Positions 15,465-24,000 of a DNA stretch of 24,000 bases are shown piece after piece (within the stretch, counting starts at the first letter, position 1; every line of letters begins with the position of its first letter). A model generated the notes under the pieces. It did no database searches, was not told the DNA's origin, and saw only the letters and a program-made list of their open reading frames with translations. Source of the stretch: Chitinophagaceae bacterium (lineage in GTDB: Bacteria > Bacteroidota > Bacteroidia > UKL13-3); the NCBI GenBank assembly GCA_043750035.1, contig JAYVCI010000116.1, positions 1 to 24,000 on the forward strand, in the 5' to 3' direction. Made by a program: the position numbers and the translations under genes.

Positions 15465-16403
15465 CTATTTAAGTACCTTATTAATATAAGATATAAAAAA
15501 TTCTTTTTCATAGTCTAGCATATTCTTCATGGCCCTGTTCCAATCAAGCCAACCGATACCTGACTGTAGTTTTCCGCAGCATATTGTTGGTAAAAAAGAA
15601 TGTACCACCGGGTATTTGTTGGTGATGAATTTATGATAGTAAATAACCATATATACATCTCCATCATTGCAATTTCTATGGGTATTATAAAACCACATAC
15701 ATTGGCTGCTATCGTATCGCAGGTTCACAACTTCAGCGGTATTGCCTATCTCTAATAATGAATCAGAAAAAACATCTACTTGGTCATTAAATATATAATT
15801 CCTGAACTTGATATTGGTTGACATGAGCAAGTTGTATGAAAAATCGTGAAAATCGTTTGCTTTCAATGCCATAGGCGATGATTTAATTTCTTTATCGTTG
15901 ATGATATGATAATTGATACAGGCAGAAATTACCCCTTTCTCTTCTTCATTCAGCATGGCCACAAAAAGGTTTCCGGGCACTTCAATCAAATCGACCACTG
16001 AATCTCGCTCCAGTTCAGGCTTGTCGAAACGATACAAAACTTTTATTCGGGTAATTTGGGTTAACGCAGTACTAATGTGCTGGTCCCAAAAATTAAATTT
16101 TATGCCGACTATATCATTTTTGTTAAAAGGGAATTCTTCGTTTCGCTTACTTGCCTTCAACAAATATCTGCCAACATAAACACCTGCAATACCCCCCACT
16201 TTCTCACTTGCATAGGTATTAAATTGATCGGAAAAACATTTGAAAGAGGGAGAGTTTAGCGAATCGAAAAGTTTATCAATATATTTATTGTACACATTCT
16301 GGGTATAGGTTCCCATGCTGTTTGCTGATAAAATTTTGTGCTGCCCACACACATGGGTACAAAAAAATATATAGATTGTACAAAAAAATAAATACTTTCG
16401 CAT
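15465..16403 (-). CDS. Hypothetical exported protein
   Basis: 312-aa ORF with an N-terminal hydrophobic signal-like segment MRKYLFFCTIYIFFCTHVCGQ. No family was recognised. Confidence 0.5.
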   Translation of the reverse strand: MRKYLFFCTIYIFFCTHVCGQHKILSANSMGTYTQNVYNKYIDKLFDSLNSPSFKCFSDQFNTYASEKVGGIAGVYVGRYLLKASKRNEEFPFNKNDIVGIKFNFWDQHISTALTQITRIKVLYRFDKPELERDSVVDLIEVPGNLFVAMLNEEEKGVISACINYHIINDKEIKSSPMALKANDFHDFSYNLLMSTNIKFRNYIFNDQVDVFSDSLLEIGNTAEVVNLRYDSSQCMWFYNTHRNCNDGDVYMVIYYHKFITNKYPVVHSFLPTICCGKLQSGIGWLDWNRAMKNMLDYEKEFFISYINKVLK

Positions 16404-16439
16404 CTTATTAAAAAATTAACGCAAACATACATCAAAAAG

Positions 16440-17207
16440 TTGCATACCAACCAAACCCCCATAAGTGCTGTTATTATAGCCAACAATGCATCCCGCTCTA
16501 TCGGCCAAGCTGTTGCAGCAATGCAATGGTGCGATGAGGTATTGGTAGTTGACTCTGGGTCAACTGATAATACCGTAGATATATGCAAAGCTTTGGGTTG
16601 TAATGTGCTACACCACAAGTTTGAAAGCTATGGGAAACAAAAACATTTTGCCGTTACACAAGCAAAAAACGACTGGGTGTGGGTAATTGATGCTGACGAG
16701 ATAGCTACTCCAGAGATAATAGATGAAGCTTGCGAAAAAATAAATTCGGGAATATATGTTGGTTTGATGGCACCCATTTCTTTGGTATTTATGGGCAAAT
16801 TACTGCGGTTTGGGAATGAATATAAAAAACCACACCTGCGTTTGTTCAATAAAAAACACGGCAACTATAATGATAGTTTGGTGCATGAAGATGTGGTGCT
16901 AACAGGAAATATTGGCAAGCTCCAACACCATGTTTTGCACTACAGTTATTATAATATAGATGATTATTTTAAGAAATTCAATAACTATACAACCCGTGCT
17001 GCACAGCAAATGCATGCACAAGGCAAAAGTGTTTCTATATTTTTAACTATTATAAAACTCCCCTTCAACTTTATTATATTATATATATTCAAAGGGTTAA
17101 TTTTTGATGGCATGCCAGGTTTGTTGTGGGCCAACTTTTCCAGTTGGTACTCCTTTGTAAAATATATAAAATTGTGGGAAATGAATAAACTAAAAACCGA
17201 CCAATGA
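16440..17207 (+). CDS. Family 2 glycosyltransferase (LPS-core WaaE/KdtX-like)
   Basis: ISAVIIANNASRSI..VVDSGSTDNT..VIDADE GT-A fold motifs. TTG start. 4-bp overlap with the next gene. Confidence 0.8.
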   Translation: MHTNQTPISAVIIANNASRSIGQAVAAMQWCDEVLVVDSGSTDNTVDICKALGCNVLHHKFESYGKQKHFAVTQAKNDWVWVIDADEIATPEIIDEACEKINSGIYVGLMAPISLVFMGKLLRFGNEYKKPHLRLFNKKHGNYNDSLVHEDVVLTGNIGKLQHHVLHYSYYNIDDYFKKFNNYTTRAAQQMHAQGKSVSIFLTIIKLPFNFIILYIFKGLIFDGMPGLLWANFSSWYSFVKYIKLWEMNKLKTDQ

Positions 17208-17614
17208 GAGTGATGGCTTTCGATATCGGACTGAAGCGGATTGGCGTGGCTGTTACTGACCCGCTACAAATTATTGCAACTTCAGTGGGAACTTATTCGC
17301 CCAATGATATTGCTGCTTATTTGAATGAATATATAAAAAGAGAGCCTTTGGAGCTTTTTGTATTGGGCAAACCTTTGCAAATGGACGGCAGCAATTCCGA
17401 ATCGTATCATTTGGTTGAACAGTTTTCAGCATGGCTACAAACTACTTTTCCTGATATTCCCCAAAAATGGATTGACGAACGCCTCACTTCCAAAATGGCA
17501 TCACAGGCTTTATTTGATAGCGGCCTGAAAAAAAAACAGCGTCAAGATAAAAAGTTATTGGACGCGGTATCGGCTACCTTAATTTTGCAAACTTATTTAC
17601 TATCCAAATCATGA
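17204..17614 (+). CDS. ruvX: YqgF/RuvX putative pre-16S rRNA nuclease / Holliday junction resolvase-like protein
   Basis: 136 aa with MAFDIGLKRIGVAVTD at the N-terminus. ATGA overlaps with the genes on both sides. Confidence 0.88.
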   Translation: MRVMAFDIGLKRIGVAVTDPLQIIATSVGTYSPNDIAAYLNEYIKREPLELFVLGKPLQMDGSNSESYHLVEQFSAWLQTTFPDIPQKWIDERLTSKMASQALFDSGLKKKQRQDKKLLDAVSATLILQTYLLSKS

Positions 17615-18174
17615 TCCTGCCAATATATGCTTATGGTGAACCCGCACTTAGAAGTGAGTGTATTGAAATACAGCGTACCTTCCCTCACCTTGAAGATATT
17701 ATAAAAAATATGTGGGATACCATGTACCATACCAATGGCGTTGGACTTGCAGCACCGCAAATTGGCCTCTCTATACGCTTGTTTGTAGTTGACTCGACTG
17801 AGATGTATAAAGATGAGGAAGATGAAAACCCCGGCACAGGCATTAAAAAAGTTTTTATTAACCCATCCATTACTAATGAGTCGGGGCATGAGTGGGAGTA
17901 CGAAGAAGGTTGCTTGAGCATACCGGGAATAAGAGAGTTCGTAAGCCGTAAGCCTACGATCACTATCAGGTACCAAGATGAGAATTTTGAAACGCATACC
18001 GAAACGTATGATGGCTTAACTGCCCGTGTTATCCAGCATGAGTTTGATCATATCGAAGCTATATTGTTTATTGATAAGATATCTTCGCTAAAACGCCAAT
18101 TGAACCGCAATAAACTGTTGCAAATTAGCCGTGGCATGGTGGATGTGAAATACCGGATGAAATTTGCGAGATAA
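17611..18174 (+). CDS. def: Peptide deformylase
   Basis: All three canonical motifs are present: GVGLAAPQIG, EGCLSIPG and QHEFDHI. Confidence 0.95.
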   Translation: MILPIYAYGEPALRSECIEIQRTFPHLEDIIKNMWDTMYHTNGVGLAAPQIGLSIRLFVVDSTEMYKDEEDENPGTGIKKVFINPSITNESGHEWEYEEGCLSIPGIREFVSRKPTITIRYQDENFETHTETYDGLTARVIQHEFDHIEAILFIDKISSLKRQLNRNKLLQISRGMVDVKYRMKFAR

Positions 18175-18270
18175 AAAATGGCTTATACTCCTAACTGAAA
18201 CCCAATGGTGGGTGAGCCTAAACTAGGTCCCATACCAATATGTTCCACATCGGCGGCGGTCAATGTTTTA
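18171..18270 (-). pseudogene. Diverged duplicate of the last ~90 nt plus stop of the AAA+ gene
   Basis: It matches 18331-18430 at 86/100 positions, and the first 40 nt are identical. On the minus strand it would encode ..TAADVEHIGMGPSLGSPTIGFQLGV*, against ..TVADVEHISAGPGLGSPTIGFQLGV* in the intact gene. It starts within the def stop codon. Confidence 0.7.
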
Positions 18271-18274
18271 AAAA

Positions 18275-18319
18275 TATTTTACATTTTTTATTTGGTATTT
18301 TTCAGAAAAATGTAAAATA
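18275..18319. terminator. AT-rich hairpin between convergent genes, a possible bidirectional terminator
   Basis: TATTTTACATTTTT (18275-18288) pairs with AAAAATGTAAAATA (18306-18319), giving a 14-bp stem and a 17-nt loop. T-runs lie on both sides. Confidence 0.4.
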
Positions 18320-18342
18320 CTAATTGTAAAATAAAAAATGGC

Positions 18343-20949
18343 TTATACTCCTAACTGAAACCCAATGGTGGGCGAGCCCAAACCAGGGCCAGCACTAATA
18401 TGTTCTACATCTGCAACAGTCAGTGTTTTAACCATTTCGGGTGTTCGGTCTTCGGCTTTCATAGCAGCCAATCTTAGGTTTTGTTGTTTTACGGCATCGT
18501 CCATCAACTTTCGCACTGCTCGTGCATTGCCGAAGAATTTATCACGCTGGGTCCATACATTTTCTAATAGTTTATCCAACATTGTTTTGGCATCGGCATC
18601 GGGAAGAATACCACGCTCAGTAAGCATTTTGGAAGCTATTTGTTTCAATTGTTCCAAATCATAATCTTCAAAAACCATCATACGGTCGAAACGGGATTTG
18701 AGACCTGGGTTCGATTCGATAAATCGGGTCATGGGTTCAGTATAGCCTGCAACTATTACAATAAATTCGCCTCGGTTATCTTCCATGCGTTTCAATATTG
18801 TTTCTACGGCTTCCTTGCCAAAATCATTATCACTGCCATGCAGTGCATAAGCCTCGTCAATAAACAGTACACCGCCCATGGCTTTGTCTATAAGTTCTTT
18901 GGTTTTTAAGGCCGTTGAGCCTATATGGTTTCCTACCAATCCTTGTCTGTCGCACTCTACCAAATGGCCGCGTTCCAATATTCCCAATGCTTTATATATT
19001 TGTGCAAGAATGCGTGCCACCGTTGTTTTTCCGGTACCCGGATTCCCCGTAAATACTGCATGTAAATTGAGCAAACTGCGTAAATCCTTTCCTGTTTCTC
19101 TATAATACCGCACTAGCTTTACCAGTTCGTCAATTTCTGTTTTTGTTTTGTTAAGGCCCACCATATTGCTGAGTTGTGCCATAGAATCACGCAACAAATC
19201 TTCGTCAACAGGGATAGAAGCAATTTCGCGGTTTTTCTTTTCGAAGATGGGCATCAAGTCGGCCACTTCAATTGCCATTAAGTTTTCTTTCGATAATTCT
19301 TCGGGGTTGGGCAACTGCATAATGCGTAATCCCAAGTTCATTTTGGCCTCGTCCAATATATTGTTGACCAAGCGAGCATTCCCGAAATTTTGGTTGCGGG
19401 CACGGTAAGCCTCTACCAGCTTTTTATACATAAATACCTGTGCATCGGGACTGAACTGTACCATGCGTTTTTGAGCAGCATATAATGCAATTTTTTCAAG
19501 CTCATCGGGTTTATAATCGGGGTATTCAAACGTCATTTGGAAACGCGATTTAAGCCCTGGATTTGAATCCAGAAAATTATTCATCTGTTCAGGATAACCT
19601 GCCACCACAATGGCCAAATCGCCTTCACCATCGCTCATTTCACGCACCAATACTTCTATAGCTTCTTTACCAAAATCTTTGCTGTCATCGTCCTTGCGTG
19701 AAAGGCTATAGGCTTCATCAATAAACAAAATCCCACCTCTGGCTTTCTTAATCGCTTCTTTGGTTTTGGGGGCAGTTTGTCCTATAAATTCGGCCACCAG
19801 CTCACTGCGGTCGGCTTCATATACATGGCCTTTGCTCAACAGCCCAAGATTATGATATATTTTGCCAAGCATACGGGCTACGGTTGTTTTACCCGTTCCA
19901 GGATTGCCTGTAAATACTGCATGCAAATTAATTTTATCCGTATCTGTAAAACCTTTTTTACGGCGTAATTTTATAAAATTGAGGTAGCTTGTATAATCGT
20001 GTACTTTCTTTTTGATGCCGCCCAGGCCAATAAGCCCATTCATTTCACTCATCAATTCTTCAAACGATTTACCGCTGTTTATTTGAGGCAAGGTTGTTTC
20101 TTGTAACCTGTTTCGGGTAGGGGTGAAATATATCTTTTCGTCATCCGATATCTCTAACTCTTCTGCCCCAATCTCAAACGGAATTACGGCCACTATTTGG
20201 TTCATAAACACCAATTCCACAGTATATATATCGGTACTCCAACTTCCTTTTATATCACTGCCCCAGCCCACGGTGCAATGTATTTCTTCATCGCCGGGAT
20301 ATATAAATAGCAGCTTATCAACTGAGCCTTTAAGTTGCCCACTCACCGTTTTGAAATTGAAGATAAGTTCGCAAGCCCAGTAGTCGTGTTCTTTCAACAG
20401 GTTTTTGGCATTGAGTTCAACCCATACATAGCGGGTATCGGCACTGTTAAAAGTTTTTAGATAAATGCGGTCTTGCTCAGGGACATTGGCATCGGGCCCT
20501 TCATATATTTTAATTTCGTTGATATCGAAGTACGGATTGTCATAAGCATTGGCAAGTCCATTGTGCTCTATATAAAAGCTACGTTCGGCAGCCATTTTGT
20601 TTTCTATCCAGGCTTCCCAACGATAAGAGCCGCGTTTCCAATAATTTCCCTTGTTTTTAACGCCCCAACCTTCTCTCACAAACACGACACTGTCTTCTTT
20701 TTTTACGGTGCGGTCGCAGTTCAAATTGCATATTTCTGCACCATCGGGGCCAAAGCATTTGAGGCGGATATGCACGTCCCAATCTTGTTCGTCGAACAAT
20801 TTATTAAAGAACGAAAGTTCACAATAAATATAGGATAGTTCACTCTCGTCGTACACCAAACGGTAATTCTTTTCATTATTTGCCAACCACTCGGTACTGG
20901 CAAAAATCCGCAAATCCTTAAACTTGTGCTTCATATCCATAAAGAACAA
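18343..20949 (-). CDS. Tandem double AAA+ ATPase (CbbX/SpoVK-type modules) with a duplicated, uncharacterised N-terminal domain
   Basis: Two Walker A motifs (LHAVFTGNPGTGKTTVAR, twice) and two Walker B motifs (ILFIDEAY, VLFIDEAY). Residues ~10-135 and ~143-262 are homologous repeats sharing DW...GWG..G.W..Y..E. Confidence 0.85.
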   Translation of the reverse strand: MFFMDMKHKFKDLRIFASTEWLANNEKNYRLVYDESELSYIYCELSFFNKLFDEQDWDVHIRLKCFGPDGAEICNLNCDRTVKKEDSVVFVREGWGVKNKGNYWKRGSYRWEAWIENKMAAERSFYIEHNGLANAYDNPYFDINEIKIYEGPDANVPEQDRIYLKTFNSADTRYVWVELNAKNLLKEHDYWACELIFNFKTVSGQLKGSVDKLLFIYPGDEEIHCTVGWGSDIKGSWSTDIYTVELVFMNQIVAVIPFEIGAEELEISDDEKIYFTPTRNRLQETTLPQINSGKSFEELMSEMNGLIGLGGIKKKVHDYTSYLNFIKLRRKKGFTDTDKINLHAVFTGNPGTGKTTVARMLGKIYHNLGLLSKGHVYEADRSELVAEFIGQTAPKTKEAIKKARGGILFIDEAYSLSRKDDDSKDFGKEAIEVLVREMSDGEGDLAIVVAGYPEQMNNFLDSNPGLKSRFQMTFEYPDYKPDELEKIALYAAQKRMVQFSPDAQVFMYKKLVEAYRARNQNFGNARLVNNILDEAKMNLGLRIMQLPNPEELSKENLMAIEVADLMPIFEKKNREIASIPVDEDLLRDSMAQLSNMVGLNKTKTEIDELVKLVRYYRETGKDLRSLLNLHAVFTGNPGTGKTTVARILAQIYKALGILERGHLVECDRQGLVGNHIGSTALKTKELIDKAMGGVLFIDEAYALHGSDNDFGKEAVETILKRMEDNRGEFIVIVAGYTEPMTRFIESNPGLKSRFDRMMVFEDYDLEQLKQIASKMLTERGILPDADAKTMLDKLLENVWTQRDKFFGNARAVRKLMDDAVKQQNLRLAAMKAEDRTPEMVKTLTVADVEHISAGPGLGSPTIGFQLGV

Positions 20950-21068
20950 AATTAGGGGTAAATGGTTGCTTTAGCAAATGGTTGCATACGAGAAACCTAT
21001 AAATCAATTAGCCGCTGGCTTATTCAAGCAATACTTTTGAGTATACGGGCTATTTCAACAACACGCGT

Positions 21069-24000
21069 TTATTTACTAATAGAAATTTTGATGGGCCTTC
21101 CCATCTGTGCGGCTTGCATCATATATATTCCTGCTGGCAGTGATGATACATCAATTTGTGATGAACCAAAATGATTCATCTTATATACTGTTATACCCGA
21201 TAAGTCTGTAATGATTATCTCACTCCCTATATTGGCCGGCATGGTGAGTGTGATCATATTATTTGCAGGTTGTGGGAAAACAGATATAGGATTTTGCTCA
21301 TTGAAAGAAACATAACAAACGGGACTATATATTTCCTCATTTACATTGTAGGCCTTTACCCTATAATACAATCCATTTTGTTGTAATAATTCACTGCTCA
21401 ATATATAATTATAATTGTACCTATTTGTATGGTTTGATGATAATATTTCCGGCTGTTGTTCGATGGGCGTAAAGTGAGAGCCATCAAGCGATTGTTCCAC
21501 TATAAATTCATGTCCTCCGGCACTCAATATACATTCCCAATCTAATTGTATTTCTTTGTCTATTTTCTTTCCATGCAAACCCAACCAATGCACAGGCAAT
21601 GCCTCAAAATTAGCATCACCACTATCGCTGGCTGCAAAAACTGAAAAGCTATTAAAGGGACCTGCCGAAATATAGTTTCTAATAGAATCATAAGTACCTG
21701 TATTTTGTTGAAGTACCCAAGGTGCTGTCGGGCTATCATTTTTCTTGGCCATCATTAGCCTCCGTTCGCTACTATATTTTACGGATCCGATAAGTGCCGA
21801 ATCGAAATAGAGTTTAATATTATAAGTAAAGCCACTGCCACCAGTGGGCAGTAATTGCCAATAGCAGTTCATATATTTTGCATTGGGGCGGGTGCCATTT
21901 TGGGTATTGTTGGGTGGCGTAGTTGCGGTATAATATTTTACATCAACCGATGAAGGCACAGTACCAGTACCACCCCAAGTGAGGGCAGCAATAGTATCAT
22001 CGCCCCATATATAAGTGGTGGTGGTATTAAGTGCCGGACTTCCACTGGCAGTAGCAGAAGGTGGCGTTGCAGATGGTGTAAACTCATCCGATCCGATATC
22101 CGTACCATAACCAAAAGATGTACCCCTAACATCGCCAGCAAAATCAGTATTTATATTTCCCACCGAATTGCCCGCAATTCCTTTTCCATTCACAAACCAA
22201 CACTGCGTACTGCTTGTTTTAATAGTTAAAATTCCATTGGTTGCATTCGTAAACATACTGTCCAAAGGCACGTTAGTAGCGGAAGTAGCCCATGAGTTGA
22301 TATCTAAATATGTAGAAGTTATATAACTATTGAATGAGGTATAATTGATGGCATTATATATAAATTTATTGGTGCCACTATATACAAAGAAGTTATAATC
22401 GCTACTTAATATATTTGTGCTTGCACCATGGTAGATAGACAAACCATTGCCCCTACTATAATAGAGTAAATTGTTTCTTATTTTAACACCATTGCCGTAA
22501 CCATTGTCACGATAACAATAATCTGCATTGCTACCGCCTGCTCTGGTGCCTGCAATTGCTACTGAGTTATAATATATCGCTGAAGTACCGGGCGTAGTAT
22601 TTATATCATAAATGCCCACAAGTTGGCAATACCCTCCACTGGCTGCACTGTTGTCTAAATATATTTGGTTATTATATACTTCTTTTGTTCCTGATGTTTG
22701 AAGTACCATACCACTGGCCTCCGCACCCGTACCCGTGGTGGCAATTACTGCATTGCTGATATCATAGATCCTATTTTTAATTATCTTCAAGGTGCCTCCA
22801 GTATTAGAAATATATAAACCTGTTACCAGTAATTGGTTGGTTCCAGTTGCGGTTCCCCGAATGGCATATATCGTATTTCCACTTATAAGTTGGTTGTGGT
22901 TGGGAGCACTTATATACATTGCTGTGAGATTATATTGTATACCATTATAGGTGGTAGGAGATGAAATATCGTGTATGATATTATTATATATACTGTCATT
23001 GGAACTGCCAGCATGGGTAGCAGATATATTTGCAAGAGCTTTAAAATAGGGATTCGCTGTGCTGCTGGTAGATGGCACTGAAATATTGGCGATAGTATTG
23101 GAAGAGATACTTATATTTTGATTTACAACAGAACTATAACTTATTCCTACAAATTGTGAAGTGGTTGAAGAACTACTTCCAACCGCAATACTATTGGCAG
23201 TAGTTGCATGACCAATGGTATTTCCACTACCTGAAGAATTGCCAATGATATGTTTTCCCGCAATGGCATTAATACCAATGAAAATTGGCGTAGCTCCCGA
23301 ACCATTTAGGTTAATATTTTGTATGGTATTATTATATGTATAACAATAATTGTTGGTATCAATGCCGCTATTATAATAAATCCCATAAAAATTTGCAGAA
23401 GTATTTGAGAGCGTTAAAGCTGAGCCGCCACAGGAAGCAGCAGTTCCTCCTATATAATTCCCACTTATTACAAAACTATCTGCATCGTCCAGTTGTATAC
23501 CATATACTGTAGAACCAGATATGGTAGCGGTATCATATACACTATTTCCACTTATTATATTTCCCGTTGTTGTGCCACTATAATATATGCCTGCCGTGGT
23601 CCAATTAAAAATTTCATTATTGACAAGGTTTATATAGCTTGCCCCCCGCTGTAAAAATCCATAGCTGGGAAAATTGGTAGTCCCTCCGGTTGGGCTTCTT
23701 ATATGGTTGGATGATATATATACACTGTTGGTGCCATTTATATCGGCATATACTACTGCATTGTTGCTTTGTGTGGTATTGCATTCTACAATACAATTTC
23801 TAAGCGTATCGGAAATAGCCCCATTGGTAAACATAATAGTGGAGTGGGCAGAACCAGACGTGGAATGGGTATTGCGGAATTTTAATTTTTTATTTCCGCC
23901 CTCAATAATCACGCGGTCAGCCCCATCTATTCTAATCATTTTATTTGCTAAATTGGCACTGTTTTGAATAGTTCTTAAAGTACCGTCACTTTGAATGGCC
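21069..24000 (-). CDS. Large parallel beta-helix repeat protein with a T9SS C-terminal sorting domain (partial, N-terminus beyond the window)
   Basis: The frame stays open to base 24000. It has repetitive N/G/S/T/I-rich beta-helix-type repeats such as ..GNSVYD.. and ..ISGNYIGG... The C-terminus VFPQPANNMITLTM..IIITDLSGITVYKM..LPAGIYMMQAAQMGRPIKISISK is a T9SS CTD. Confidence 0.8.
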   Translation of the reverse strand, partial: AIQSDGTLRTIQNSANLANKMIRIDGADRVIIEGGNKKLKFRNTHSTSGSAHSTIMFTNGAISDTLRNCIVECNTTQSNNAVVYADINGTNSVYISSNHIRSPTGGTTNFPSYGFLQRGASYINLVNNEIFNWTTAGIYYSGTTTGNIISGNSVYDTATISGSTVYGIQLDDADSFVISGNYIGGTAASCGGSALTLSNTSANFYGIYYNSGIDTNNYCYTYNNTIQNINLNGSGATPIFIGINAIAGKHIIGNSSGSGNTIGHATTANSIAVGSSSSTTSQFVGISYSSVVNQNISISSNTIANISVPSTSSTANPYFKALANISATHAGSSNDSIYNNIIHDISSPTTYNGIQYNLTAMYISAPNHNQLISGNTIYAIRGTATGTNQLLVTGLYISNTGGTLKIIKNRIYDISNAVIATTGTGAEASGMVLQTSGTKEVYNNQIYLDNSAASGGYCQLVGIYDINTTPGTSAIYYNSVAIAGTRAGGSNADYCYRDNGYGNGVKIRNNLLYYSRGNGLSIYHGASTNILSSDYNFFVYSGTNKFIYNAINYTSFNSYITSTYLDINSWATSATNVPLDSMFTNATNGILTIKTSSTQCWFVNGKGIAGNSVGNINTDFAGDVRGTSFGYGTDIGSDEFTPSATPPSATASGSPALNTTTTYIWGDDTIAALTWGGTGTVPSSVDVKYYTATTPPNNTQNGTRPNAKYMNCYWQLLPTGGSGFTYNIKLYFDSALIGSVKYSSERRLMMAKKNDSPTAPWVLQQNTGTYDSIRNYISAGPFNSFSVFAASDSGDANFEALPVHWLGLHGKKIDKEIQLDWECILSAGGHEFIVEQSLDGSHFTPIEQQPEILSSNHTNRYNYNYILSSELLQQNGLYYRVKAYNVNEEIYSPVCYVSFNEQNPISVFPQPANNMITLTMPANIGSEIIITDLSGITVYKMNHFGSSQIDVSSLPAGIYMMQAAQMGRPIKISISK

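Noticed and set aside
16256-16618. 120-aa minus-strand ORF spanning the divergent intergenic region
   Set aside because: It overlaps both the 5' end of the GT2 gene and the 5' end of the 312-aa gene, and has no motifs.
18365-20838. Plus-strand ORFs of 63-121 aa antisense to the AAA+ ATPase gene
   Set aside because: They lie entirely within a well-supported 868-aa CDS on the other strand, and I recognise no motifs in them.
1-24000. CRISPR arrays, rRNA and tRNA genes
   Set aside because: I saw no regularly spaced short direct repeats with unique spacers, no rRNA-like conserved blocks and no cloverleaf-compatible sequences on either strand.

Overview
This looks like a Bacteroidota chromosomal segment: it has two T9SS C-terminal sorting domains, lipoprotein-type signal peptides and the Bacteroidota variant of the RHS core.

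**Housekeeping backbone:**
- comEC
- lpdA, a dedA-family gene and dtd
- a GT2-ruvX-def operon with 4-bp ATGA overlaps
- a large double-AAA+ ATPase
- a partial beta-helix T9SS cargo gene at the right edge

**Accessory island, about 3.65-12.35 kb, between comEC and the lpdA 3' end:**
- Its main part (4634-12353) is bracketed by imperfect direct repeats of 144 and 129 bp.
- The left repeat ends in a perfect 8-7-8 inverted core site next to a small tyrosine recombinase gene.
- The right repeat ends in a hybrid core whose spacer contains the lpdA stop codon.
- The cargo is a polymorphic-toxin array:
  - a 5'-truncated rhs-type ORF that opens exactly at the repeat boundary
  - two orphan RHS-core and toxin-tip cassettes, one with an HExxH motif and one on the opposite strand
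  - an exported partner gene after each of the three
  - one degraded RHS fragment inside the bracketed element (7967-8062) and a second just left of it (3740-3793)
- A 56-bp in-frame box (YHPFGSV..WSEPSL) occurs three times, once inverted. This suggests deletion or inversion swapping of toxin tips.

**Other oddities:**
- a MITE-like insert flanked by a 25-bp duplication
- a palindromic element of about 180 bp
- a diverged 100-bp duplicate of the AAA+ gene's 3' end

No rRNA, tRNA or CRISPR array was recognised.
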